A DNA stretch of 64,000 bases from Candidatus Enterousia sp. (GCA_045593685.1 JAZNXD010000023.1:1715-65714), one strand, 5' to 3'; positions 28,050 to 36,662 are shown, counted from the first letter of the stretch. Numbers and translations: made by a program. Notes: generated from the letters alone by a model not told the origin.

Positions 28050-28326
28050 AAAAAAAGACCGCCAGGGATTATTGACGGTCGGGGTGCTAGAAAAATCATA
28101 TCAAAGAATGACCCCGTTGGTCTTTGGGGCATATGCCCCTGTTGTATAACCAACGGCACCCCGACATTTAAACGGGGAAACATAACAAAAGGCGCATCCG
28201 CGCCATTTTTATGCGGATATCAGTGTACGTATCATACACCGCTTTGATAAAGGCTTTTCTAAGGCCCCGAACCCACATCCCTGTGGATTCATAAAAATTT
28301 TAACAAATAATCAAACCCAATGTCAA
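28050..28326 (-). promoter_or_regulatory. promoter plus ~240-nt structured leader with two intrinsic terminators (leader family copy C)
   Basis: On the minus strand: TTGACA (28321-28326), 18-nt spacer, TAAAAT (28297-28302); 5' hairpin CCACA/TGTGG; internal terminator GGCGCGGATGCGCC+T-run (28191-28204); complementary segments CCCCG / GTCGGGGTGC / GCACCCCGAC; terminal hairpin GACCG..CGGTC + T7 (28050-28080) immediately before the RBS. Confidence 0.45.
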
Positions 28327-28366
28327 TCAATTAGATAAATAAAAGTTTAGTAAATAATTTATCACA

Positions 28367-28674
28367 TTTGTCATCCCGTGGCTTGACCCCGGAACCCAGG
28401 TTGTATCTTCCTTTTGTCATCCCGTGGCTTGACCCCGGAACCCAGGTTGTACCTTCCTTTTGTCATCCCGTGGCTTGACCCCGGAACCCAGGTTGTATCT
28501 TCCCTTTGTCATCCCGTGGCTTGACCACGGAACCCAGGTTGTATCTTCCTTTTGTCATCCCGTGGCTTGACCCCGGCTCCCAGGTTGTATCTTCCCTTTG
28601 TCATCCCGTGGCTTGACCACGGGACCCAGGTTATACATCAACTTTGTCATTCCCGCGCAGGCGGGAACAGGGTC
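28367..28674. repeat. tandem array of six 46-bp repeats plus one variant unit
   Basis: The unit TTTGTCATCCCGTGGCTTGACC(C/A)CGG(A/G)ACCCAGGTTGTATCTTCC(T/C) starts at 28367, 28413, 28459, 28505, 28551 and 28597 (exact 46-bp period). A seventh unit at 28643 is the variant TTTGTCATTCCCGCGCAGGCGGGAACAGGGTC. Units contain the palindrome CCCGTGG..CCACGGG. Confidence 0.9.
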
Positions 28675-28797
28675 AAAAAAGTTAACAAACAGATGGATAA
28701 AAGTTTGGTTGTTTTTTTTACAATTTTTATTCACAAAACATAAAATGATTTTGTAAATTATTTACCAAACTAAGCTTTCATTTGTTGTGACAACAAA

Positions 28798-29625
28798 CTA
28801 CTCGTCCAATGCCAATATAAAGATGCCGCGCTTATTTGCCTGGGCGATAACGGCGGGTTTGTTTACAACAAAGCATGTTTTGGTATTAACGACAATTCCG
28901 CGCAGATGTGCGTCCGCCACCGCGTTTACCGTGTCAACACCAATCGCGGGGATGTCTATTCTTAAATCCTGGCCCGGTTTTGTCATCTTGGCAAAGACCC
29001 CACTTGCCTTGCGTTTATTCTTTCGCATTGCGACAACCCGTTCCAGCATTTTTGCCGTTCCTTCGGCGGCTTCGACCGCTATGACCTGTTTATCGACCAC
29101 GACCGATGCGCCAATGTCCGCCATGCCAATGGTGTGTGAAACCTCAATCGCGCGTTCGATATTTTTGTTGTCATCTGCGCTGGGTTTTGTTTGGGTCTGA
29201 ACCCCCGCATTTTCAAAGGCCAATTCCGGTGCCAAATCCTGGGCGGCAACAATTTCAAATCCCTGTTTTTCCAAAACACTATTCAATGCAACAGCCATAG
29301 AATCATACCCCCGTTGATGCTTCATTATTTTCATCAGTGTTATAAATGTCCACAAATCCGGTCGCAAATCCGTCAAATTCGGATGCCCCAGTGAGCCCAC
29401 AAAAACCAATTTTTTAATTTTACGTCTTTTAAATTCGCGTATCGCGCGTCCCGCCCCCCCCAGGCGCACAACCATATCCGGTTTTAAATCGGGGTTAACA
29501 AAATTTTTTAATCCCACCACGAATACGTCCCAGCCCGCGCGGCGCAACGCATCCCGCGTAAAAAACGGCAGGTCCAACGCCCCCGCAACCATTGCGATTT
29601 TATTATCTTGGTTTTTACTTGTCAT
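28798..29625 (-). CDS. lpxI: UDP-2,3-diacylglucosamine pyrophosphatase LpxI (DUF1009 family)
   Basis: KIAMVAGALDLPF..., KKLVFVGSLGHPN, GMADIGASVVVDKQVIAVEAAEGTAKMLERV and IDIPAIGVDTV match LpxI. The ATG at 29625 is preferred. Confidence 0.75.
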   Translation of the reverse strand: MTSKNQDNKIAMVAGALDLPFFTRDALRRAGWDVFVVGLKNFVNPDLKPDMVVRLGGAGRAIREFKRRKIKKLVFVGSLGHPNLTDLRPDLWTFITLMKIMKHQRGYDSMAVALNSVLEKQGFEIVAAQDLAPELAFENAGVQTQTKPSADDNKNIERAIEVSHTIGMADIGASVVVDKQVIAVEAAEGTAKMLERVVAMRKNKRKASGVFAKMTKPGQDLRIDIPAIGVDTVNAVADAHLRGIVVNTKTCFVVNKPAVIAQANKRGIFILALDE

Positions 29626-29719
29626 ATCCACATGGTACGAATAAATCAGACTGGAATCAAGTTGCAATTTATGTTAAAATCAATTATCAATACTAAGAAT
29701 AATAATGGGTATGGTCAAA

Positions 29720-30490
29720 ATGAAGAAAATATCATATTTGGGTATCTTGTTGGCTGTGTTTGGTGTGTCATGCGCCAATGCCGACTATGACGATGCAAAA
29801 TTTATGCGTGAAATTGGACGCGGCCTGGATTTAATCAGCGCCCAAACCACCGCCCCAGTTATAGAAGAGGTGGCGCCCGGTGAACTGGGGGCCGAAGTAT
29901 ATGAATTTGCCGGTGCGGTATCTGATACAAATATTCAAATGTTTATCCCCGCGTCCATGTATATGCGTATTGGTGGTGGGCTGAATTTGGGTTTTGCAAC
30001 GGACCGTGCGCAATACAATGGTCGCGAATATGAATCTTCGGGATCGTACACAACACAAATCGGTTTGGGGTGGAATTTGTCGTCCTATGTTCGCACGGAA
30101 ATAGATTTTCAAAATTCTGCGTTTAAATTTTCCGACCTGGACAATCATCGGGCGACATATCAAACGATTGGTGGTATGCTGTACTTTGATTTTGCACGTC
30201 GCTATGTTCAAACCGGTGACGTAACACATCGTCGTACATTTGTGCCGTACATGGGAATTGGCGTGGCGTTTGGTGCATATGAATTTCAGGGCGCAAACGG
30301 TGCCCATGGCGCGGTTATTGCGGCGCCACGTGCCACATTGGGCTTTAACGTTATGCTGACGGATTTGTTTGGTGTCGATATCGCGTACCAGTATCAGATG
30401 ATGATTGGTGACGGCTTTGGTTGGGATGTTCGCGCCGGTGGCGTTGATAACATCAGCAACATTATGGCATCAATTCGTATGAATTTCTAA
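29720..30490 (+). CDS. outer-membrane beta-barrel protein (porin/OmpA-like barrel family)
   Basis: Signal peptide MKKISYLGILLAVFGVSCANA (ORF opens at 29705). Beta-strand periodicity and C-terminal MASIRMNF. Confidence 0.6.
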   Translation: MKKISYLGILLAVFGVSCANADYDDAKFMREIGRGLDLISAQTTAPVIEEVAPGELGAEVYEFAGAVSDTNIQMFIPASMYMRIGGGLNLGFATDRAQYNGREYESSGSYTTQIGLGWNLSSYVRTEIDFQNSAFKFSDLDNHRATYQTIGGMLYFDFARRYVQTGDVTHRRTFVPYMGIGVAFGAYEFQGANGAHGAVIAAPRATLGFNVMLTDLFGVDIAYQYQMMIGDGFGWDVRAGGVDNISNIMASIRMNF

Positions 30491-30506
30491 ATCGGGGGTG
30501 TTTGAT

Positions 30507-31142
30507 ATGAATTTTAAGTTTTTATTACCTGTATTATTTGTTGTTCCCGCTGTGGCGGATGCGGCGATTCCATATCGCGTGGAACAGTTGAAGATGCCGA
30601 CCCCGCAAAACGAAGACCTGTCTGATCTGAACCGTTTTTATATCGGTGGCGCCTATAACTTTTCCATGTGGTCGGATTATACCGATGATACGGATGTTTC
30701 CATCGCTGGAAAAAACACATCCAGTTTCGAAGTCATGGCCGGTCTGCGTATTTATGATACTTTCCGTATCGAAGCGAACTATCTGCGCACCACGGCGGAT
30801 TGGAACGCATTTTCATTTACCGGGGACACGTTTTTTATAAACGCAGTTTGGGATGCGCGCATTGATTCTATGTATCGTCTGTTCCGTACCCAGATGTTGG
30901 TCCCATATGTTGGATTTGGTGCCGGTCTGTCATGGAACAGTGCCGATGATGGCGTCCATCTGGATAACAAGATTGCGCCGGCCGTGGCCGCCCTGGCGGG
31001 GGTCAGTGTTGAATTTAACAAAATATTTGCCCTGGATTTCGGGTACAGATATTTTTACATGTTTAATCCGGGCGTGGACGTTGTGTCCGACCTGAATCCG
31101 GCCGCGCATCAGTTCCGTGCCGGTGCACGTATCAGTTTCTAA
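30507..31142 (+). CDS. outer-membrane beta-barrel protein (paralog of the preceding gene)
   Basis: Signal peptide MNFKFLLPVLFVVPAVADA (GGGGG SD 8 nt upstream of the ATG at 30507). C-terminal FRAGARISF. Confidence 0.6.
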   Translation: MNFKFLLPVLFVVPAVADAAIPYRVEQLKMPTPQNEDLSDLNRFYIGGAYNFSMWSDYTDDTDVSIAGKNTSSFEVMAGLRIYDTFRIEANYLRTTADWNAFSFTGDTFFINAVWDARIDSMYRLFRTQMLVPYVGFGAGLSWNSADDGVHLDNKIAPAVAALAGVSVEFNKIFALDFGYRYFYMFNPGVDVVSDLNPAAHQFRAGARISF

Positions 31143-32068
31143 TGGCAAATACATGTCCTTTTTTTGGAATATGCGGTGGATGCAAATATGATTTTGCATC
31201 CACTGATTACAGAACGAAAAAAATGGATGAATTGCGTGGCATCCCAACAACCGGCGCGCCCGTGTGGGTTGGGGCGGGGCTGCGTCGTCGCGCCGATTTT
31301 GCATTTGCGCCCGGTCAATTTGGTTTCTTTGCGCGCGGTTCTAAAAATATAGTTCCTGTACGAAATTGTCCAAATCTGGTGCCGGAAATAAATCAAATTT
31401 TACCATCGGTTGCAGATTTGCCATGGATTGTGGCGGGCGCATGCCTGGTGACCGCGTGCGACAATGGTATCGATATTGCAATTACGTCCAACGTATCCTA
31501 TTTTTCGCCCGAATTTCGAAACGCGGTTTCGCGTCTGCCGGCAATTCGTATTACATGGAACGGTCATGTAATAAAACAAACCGCCATGCCAATAATTAAT
31601 TTTTCCGGTCGCTCGGTTGAATATCCCGTTGGCGCCTTTTTACAGCCCAGTATTCCCGGCGCCGACGCACTGCGCGATTTGGTTACATCGCGTGCGGGTG
31701 GTGCGGGACGTGTGGCGGATTTGTTTTGTGGGTTGGGGAATTTTACATTTGCATTAAATGCCGACGGCTTTGATATTGTGGGTACGGGCGTTCAGCGCGA
31801 TTTGTTCAAACGGCCCCTGACGGTCGGTATGCTGAATCAATACGATTGTGTGGTTATGGATCCGCCCCGTGCCGGCGCCATGGCCCAGTGTCAAGAATTG
31901 GTTCGCAGCAACGTTCCGCGCATAATCTATGTGTCGTGCAATCCGCAGACATTTATGCGTGATATGGAAATTTTGACCCGTGGCGGATATAAAAACACCG
32001 AATTGATTCCCGTTGATCAATTTGCCGGCTCGCAACATTGGGAACTGTTCGGTGTTTTTGAAAAATAA
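31142..32068 (+). CDS. class I SAM-dependent RNA (uracil-5)-methyltransferase, TrmA/RlmD family, without TRAM domain
   Basis: N-terminal Cys cluster CPFFGICGGCKY, SAM motif DLFCGLGNFTFAL, VVMDPPRAGA, IIYVSCNPQTFMRD. Confidence 0.7.
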   Translation: MANTCPFFGICGGCKYDFASTDYRTKKMDELRGIPTTGAPVWVGAGLRRRADFAFAPGQFGFFARGSKNIVPVRNCPNLVPEINQILPSVADLPWIVAGACLVTACDNGIDIAITSNVSYFSPEFRNAVSRLPAIRITWNGHVIKQTAMPIINFSGRSVEYPVGAFLQPSIPGADALRDLVTSRAGGAGRVADLFCGLGNFTFALNADGFDIVGTGVQRDLFKRPLTVGMLNQYDCVVMDPPRAGAMAQCQELVRSNVPRIIYVSCNPQTFMRDMEILTRGGYKNTELIPVDQFAGSQHWELFGVFEK

Positions 32069-34135
32069 TTATTTTGTGTTCTTCAAAGATTGGATTTTCA
32101 TCTGTGTCTCAGTCGACAGACCGTATGGCACATAATTTTTCCTGATAAATTTACGCGCCACGGCCATGCAGTGTTCGTGATTGTTGGGCGATGTGTCGCG
32201 CAAAGAAGATTGCACAAATCCACAAAACACCCGCCCCCAGTACCAGTCTTTTTGTACCTCGAACATATCGTATTTGTTCAGATACTTAAACAGTTCGATT
32301 GCAACCTTGATATAATTTAAATCTAATTTATCCCTGCCGGCATTATTCATAATTGAACCGGGACGTCTGCGATATTCGTATACAATCTTTGGTATGAAAC
32401 TTGCCTTGCGTACCCATGTACAGTATGCGCGAAAGAAGAACTCATCTTCCCGCTTCATGCCAACCGGAAATTTTATACCGTATTTTTCAATAATATCGCG
32501 GCGGTAAATCTTGCCCCATGTGCATGGATAGCACAATTCCTGCATGGGTCCCGCTGCGACCATGGTTCTGTCGTACGGGACCGCAAAATACTGCTCGTCG
32601 ATTTTTCTCAGATGTTCGTCGGCCTCGTATGTAATATGTGGGGCCCCAACGGCCAAATCGGCATTTTTTTCGATTATTCTGTTGTACAACGTTTCGCATG
32701 TATCCGGCATAAACATGTCATCGGAATCGCAGAACATAATATATTGCCCCATTGCATGACCCAGGCCATTATTGTACGCGGCGGGAACGCCACCGTTTTG
32801 CTTGTTTTGTACTATCTTTACGCGGTGATCTTTTTTTGCGTATTCGCGCACAATTTGCATGGAACCATCGGTGCCACAATCGTCCACGCATATTATTTCA
32901 ATGTCCCCCATTGTCTGATTTACCAAAGATTTCATACAGCCATCAATATACTTTTCAACATTGTAAACGGGGACGATAATCGATATTTTTGGCGCATTTG
33001 GATATGTTTTTACGCTATTGACGGGTACTTTGAACTTAACTTTATCTTTTGTTTTTTTTAACAATGGCAAAAATCCAAACAATTTAAAATATGCATATAC
33101 GCGCGAAAAATAGATTTTTACAAATCCATTGGCTTTTTCCCTGCGTGACAGGATTGTTCTTGTGAATTCCTTGTAAACATCTGGGGCGTAGCTGTGCATG
33201 ATTTTCAGTATCTTTTTGCCCGGCACATAATACATTGGCAGACTCCAACGCAATTTCATAAAATTATCACACATCAACGCCCTTGATTCGTCCGGATTGC
33301 GGGATTGATTGCATATGTTTATCAGGGTTGCCTCGATAACCATGGCATCTAATTTATCGGCTTTGTTTATATTCTTTATCAGCGTGTTGAATATAAAATC
33401 TATCATATGTGTGTAATCAATCGCGGGCATATCGGGGATTTTGTTGCCCCAGTTAATTAATTCACGACTGATGGTCAGCACGGATTCAACCTTCTTGTGA
33501 CTGACGGTGTTATTCGATGCGGAATCCGGTCGCAGTGGATAAAAATACGCCGTTTGATAATCTGAAACATGTATCTTGTTGCATAAATATACCGCCTTGA
33601 ACAAAAAGCATATATCTTCGGCCAGGACCACCCCCACCGGAAAACGCAGGTTGTGCGCATCCAAAAAAGACTTTTTATAAATTGCGGATTGAAAGTCGTA
33701 ATTAAAAAGCGTTTTTCGTTTTTTTGCCTCGGTGCTGTATGGGGTAATCCATCTGCGGCCGTCGGGTTCAATAACGACGAACAGGCCTTTGGATATTTCG
33801 GCTTCGTCTTTTATTGCGCCGTTGTATAATTTTTTATAATAATCCAAATCGACATAATCGTCCGCATCGACAAAGCCAATGTATTCACCGGTTGCGGCAT
33901 CGATTGCGGTGTTGCGTGCCGCCGACACGCCCATATTTTTTTCTTGTTCAATAATGCGAATTCGTGAATCTTTTTCTGCGCGTGACTTTAATATGGACAA
34001 AGTATTGTCTGTTGATTTGTCGTCAACGCATATAATTTCAATATCGTTTAATAACTGTTTCTGGACGCTGTCCAAACAGCGTTCGATATATTTTTCCATA
34101 TTATAGCATGGGATAATAATGGATACTTTTGGCAT
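32069..34135 (-). CDS. two-domain family-2 glycosyltransferase (tandem GT2 modules)
   Basis: Module 1: MPKVSIIIPCYNMEKYIERCLDSV...IICVDDKSTD...FVDADD. Module 2: PKISIIVPVYNVEKYIDGCMKSL...IICVDDCGTD...FCDSDD. Start moved to the ATG at 34135 (AGGAAAGG SD) because the longer ORF runs into rpmA. Confidence 0.75.
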   Translation of the reverse strand: MPKVSIIIPCYNMEKYIERCLDSVQKQLLNDIEIICVDDKSTDNTLSILKSRAEKDSRIRIIEQEKNMGVSAARNTAIDAATGEYIGFVDADDYVDLDYYKKLYNGAIKDEAEISKGLFVVIEPDGRRWITPYSTEAKKRKTLFNYDFQSAIYKKSFLDAHNLRFPVGVVLAEDICFLFKAVYLCNKIHVSDYQTAYFYPLRPDSASNNTVSHKKVESVLTISRELINWGNKIPDMPAIDYTHMIDFIFNTLIKNINKADKLDAMVIEATLINICNQSRNPDESRALMCDNFMKLRWSLPMYYVPGKKILKIMHSYAPDVYKEFTRTILSRREKANGFVKIYFSRVYAYFKLFGFLPLLKKTKDKVKFKVPVNSVKTYPNAPKISIIVPVYNVEKYIDGCMKSLVNQTMGDIEIICVDDCGTDGSMQIVREYAKKDHRVKIVQNKQNGGVPAAYNNGLGHAMGQYIMFCDSDDMFMPDTCETLYNRIIEKNADLAVGAPHITYEADEHLRKIDEQYFAVPYDRTMVAAGPMQELCYPCTWGKIYRRDIIEKYGIKFPVGMKREDEFFFRAYCTWVRKASFIPKIVYEYRRRPGSIMNNAGRDKLDLNYIKVAIELFKYLNKYDMFEVQKDWYWGRVFCGFVQSSLRDTSPNNHEHCMAVARKFIRKNYVPYGLSTETQMKIQSLKNTK

Positions 34136-34223
34136 GACCTTTCCTATATCTATGTAACACACGGCTATCCTAGGAAAAAGATATTTATTTTGCAATAAAA
34201 AAACCGCCAAACGGCGGCTTTTA

Positions 34224-34490
34224 TTATTTTGCTTCGTCTTCTGGAACGACGGAAACCGTTCTGCGGTCGCCATTGCCCTTTTTGAACTTAACAATACCCG
34301 CAATCTTCGCAAAGATTGTATGATCTTTACCCATACCAACATTCAGGCCCGGGTGCACGGATGTGCCGCGCTGGCGAATAATGATATTGCCTGGGATTAC
34401 GCGGGACCCGCCAGACTTTTTAATACCTAATCTGCGCCCTTCCGAGTCGCGTCCGTTCGTTGATGCCGAACCAGCTTTCTTATGTGCCAT
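34224..34490 (-). CDS. rpmA: 50S ribosomal protein L27
   Basis: [28 protein letters not shown]...IIRQRGT..HPG.NVG.GKDHT.FA. Confidence 0.95.
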   Translation of the reverse strand: MAHKKAGSASTNGRDSEGRRLGIKKSGGSRVIPGNIIIRQRGTSVHPGLNVGMGKDHTIFAKIAGIVKFKKGNGDRRTVSVVPEDEAK

Positions 34491-34502
34491 AGTTCTGCCT
34501 CC

Positions 34503-34802
34503 TTATGCTTTGATTTCTTTGATTTTCAAAACAGTAATAAACTGACGATGACCGGCTGTGCGGCGATAGTTTTGGCGACGTTTTTTCTTGAACACCAAAA
34601 TTTTGTCAGCGCGTTTCTGTTCAATAACTTCTGCAACAACCTTGGCGCCTTCTACAAAAGGTGTGCCAATTTTGTCTGCGACCATTAAAACCTGGTCAAA
34701 TTCAACCGTACCTTCGGCACTCAGTTTTTCAACCTTGATAATATCGCCCTGTGCAACGCGATATTGTTTGCCGCCGGTTTGAAAAATTGCAAAATCGCTC
34801 AT
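34503..34802 (-). CDS. rplU: 50S ribosomal protein L21
   Basis: [27 protein letters not shown]...[15 protein letters not shown]. rplU-rpmA operon order. Confidence 0.95.
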   Translation of the reverse strand: MSDFAIFQTGGKQYRVAQGDIIKVEKLSAEGTVEFDQVLMVADKIGTPFVEGAKVVAEVIEQKRADKILVFKKKRRQNYRRTAGHRQFITVLKIKEIKA

Positions 34803-34956
34803 TTTCTTTCTCTTGTGTTTGTTTTGTTAAACATATTTTTACGTCATTTGACGAAAAGTTTATGCAAATTTTATGTTTTTTTATATAAAAGTCAAGCGTT
34901 TTGTCGAAAAAATTATGCAAAATTGCTGTTTTTTGTGCGTAAAAGAATTTTTTGCA

Positions 34957-34983
34957 TAAAAAACACCCCAAACGGGGTGTTTT
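34957..34983 (-). terminator. intrinsic terminator after rpmG
   Basis: ACACCCCGTTTGGGGTGT hairpin plus T-run on the minus strand. Confidence 0.65.
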
Positions 34984-35008
34984 AATAAACCGAAAAACGC
35001 AAACCGTA

Positions 35009-35188
35009 TTAGTGCGAAACCTTCGCTTCGGTCATGACAACATGCTTGCGCAGTTTTTTGTCATATTTGCGGAATTTCATTTTGCCCTGAGTATTTTCGG
35101 ACTTAGTATTTTTAGTCGTAATATAGAAAACGCCAGTTTCGTTGTTTCTTAACTGTACAACTTCTTTGCTGCCTTTTTTAGATGCCAT
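35009..35188 (-). CDS. rpmG: 50S ribosomal protein L33 (59 aa; below ORF-track cutoff)
   Basis: Hand translation gives MASKKGSKEVVQLRNNETGVFYITTKNTKSENTQGKMKFRKYDKKLRKHVVMTEAKVSH*, which fits the L33 pattern (...Y.T.KN......KLE..KY....RKH....E.K). Confidence 0.85.
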   Translation of the reverse strand: MASKKGSKEVVQLRNNETGVFYITTKNTKSENTQGKMKFRKYDKKLRKHVVMTEAKVSH

Positions 35189-35284
35189 TTTATTTGCCTT
35201 TTAATTATTCTGCGCCGATTGTATGTTAAATTTTACTGGAAATCAAGTTTTTTTTATCATAAAATATAAAAACAGTAAAAAAAG

Positions 35285-35369
<85 letters not shown>

Positions 35370-35446
35370 AAACTCACCTTGTTTGCGCGTATAACATCGG
35401 GCCATAGGCGACTACGAAGTGCTGCGAAGCGACTAGGAAGCGCAAC

Positions 35447-35478
35447 GCGACACCACGGTCAAGCGTCGGAATGACAAG
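35447..35478 (-). repeat. dispersed palindromic element (same family as the 28367 array, inverted)
   Basis: The reverse complement reads CTTGTCATTCCGACGCTTGACCGTGGTGTCGC (compare TTGTCATCCCGTGGCTTGACCACGG). Confidence 0.6.
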
Positions 35479-35576
35479 TTTGTTTAATTTAAAACAAATT
35501 TTAAATTTACGGACTGACAGAATTTTTTGCAAAAATTCTGTGGGGCGTTCAACTAAACTTTTATTCATTTTTCTAA

Positions 35577-35828
35577 TTGACATTTTGGTTGTGCGTTTAC
35601 TACAATACCCATGTCATGGCGGGTTGCCATGATGGGGTGTGAAGACCCGTTTATTGGCGTCAGAATAAGAACCTGTGGCGCATGCGTGCGCTGTTTTTTT
35701 ATTCTGATGATATTCTCCTGATCAATCCCACTTGGTCAGGAGGGCTTGTGAATATATTGAATAAGCAGCACAATTCCAATAAATTGTCTTCAACCTCCTG
35801 ACCACCTGAATAATTCGGTGGTTTTTTG
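35577..35828 (+). promoter_or_regulatory. promoter plus ~215-nt structured leader ending in an intrinsic terminator (leader family copy A)
   Basis: TTGACA (35577-82), 18-nt spacer, TACAAT (35601-06). Hairpin CATGGC/GCCATG. Conserved block GATGGGGTGTGAAGACCCGTTTATTGGCGTC. Internal GCGCA/TGCGC hairpin+T-run (35678-35700). CTCCTGA / GGTCAGGAGG / CCTCCTGACC triple. 17-nt loop GTGAATATATTGAATAA (35748-64). Terminator CCACC..GGTGG+T6 (35802-27). Confidence 0.55.
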
Positions 35829-35856
35829 TTTGTTATAACGGGGGAAATGTACGGGT

Positions 35857-36585
35857 TTGCGTCGTTTTTTGTTAATTTTTGCGATATTATTTATTGCGCC
35901 AATTGTTGGGCGCGCGGCCACATGTACATCAACCGAAACCGTCACCAAATGTGCCAAAATTCCGACAGAGATATATGCGTATGAATATGAAAACGGTCAA
36001 TATACTTCTGACTCATGGTTCGTTGGATACAATGATGTTGTATTATCGGGTAATTCTGCATCAAAAAATTTCGTTTCTAGTATTTTAGGAGCAACATGTA
36101 CGATAAATTCCCCCTTTAACGCAAGTATTGATGGCTCATTTGGACCGGCGGTGCCTGATTTTTATACTGCATACCAGGCGTGTGCAGAAATTGGTGCTTG
36201 GGAGATAAGAACTTTCTCTTTTATCAGCAAACTGGATGGTGATATATGCCCGGACGGTTTTTATACGGTTCCATACAATGTTTCCTGTGGCACCGGCATG
36301 GTTGATACGGCCAATGTGCCGAATTGCAGCGATGATACATCTGGCGAATCATGTTTAATTCCCGCCACATCAGCCCCCGCACCAGAGGTTTTATGCACCA
36401 TTGGTATCAGCCAAATTAAAACATCAACCGGATTATCCTTTGCGTTATATGCAGAAAAAAAGACCCAGCCATCATTGGCAATAAAATATAATAATGGCAT
36501 TTGCTATGGCAAGTTAGAATCTGGAAGTGCATCTAGTACAATAAATTTCAACTATAATGACGCCGTTTATCATCTGGTAAACTAA
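35857..36585 (+). CDS. secreted cysteine-containing hypothetical protein
   Basis: TTG start with GGGGGAA SD upstream. Signal peptide MRRFLLIFAILFIAPIVGRAA. 242 aa, ~12 Cys. I recognise no family. Confidence 0.55.
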   Translation: MRRFLLIFAILFIAPIVGRAATCTSTETVTKCAKIPTEIYAYEYENGQYTSDSWFVGYNDVVLSGNSASKNFVSSILGATCTINSPFNASIDGSFGPAVPDFYTAYQACAEIGAWEIRTFSFISKLDGDICPDGFYTVPYNVSCGTGMVDTANVPNCSDDTSGESCLIPATSAPAPEVLCTIGISQIKTSTGLSFALYAEKKTQPSLAIKYNNGICYGKLESGSASSTINFNYNDAVYHLVN

Positions 36586-36662
36586 CCGCTCTCTTTGTCT
36601 CGCTTGCCGGGAACCGCCCATGCAAATACTTATTTGTGCGGGCCCCAGGGGCATAACACCAC

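Noticed and set aside
28191-28330. Independent ~100-nt sRNA ending at the GGCGCGGATGCGCC terminator (minus strand)
   Set aside because: It shares the promoter with, and is contiguous to, the rest of leader C. Copy A has an equivalent internal hairpin+U-run. It is better explained as the first attenuation point of the leader, although a stable short RNA product is still possible.
28367-28674. Regular short repeats that could be mistaken for a CRISPR array
   Set aside because: The whole 46-bp unit repeats head to tail with no unique spacers between copies. There are no cas genes in the window. It is a tandem repeat of a dispersed palindromic element.
34136-34342. N-terminal extension of the GT2 ORF (track start 34342)
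   Set aside because: The extension overlaps rpmA in another frame. The canonical GT2 N-terminus MPKVSIIIPCYN with an AGGAAAGG SD starts at 34135.
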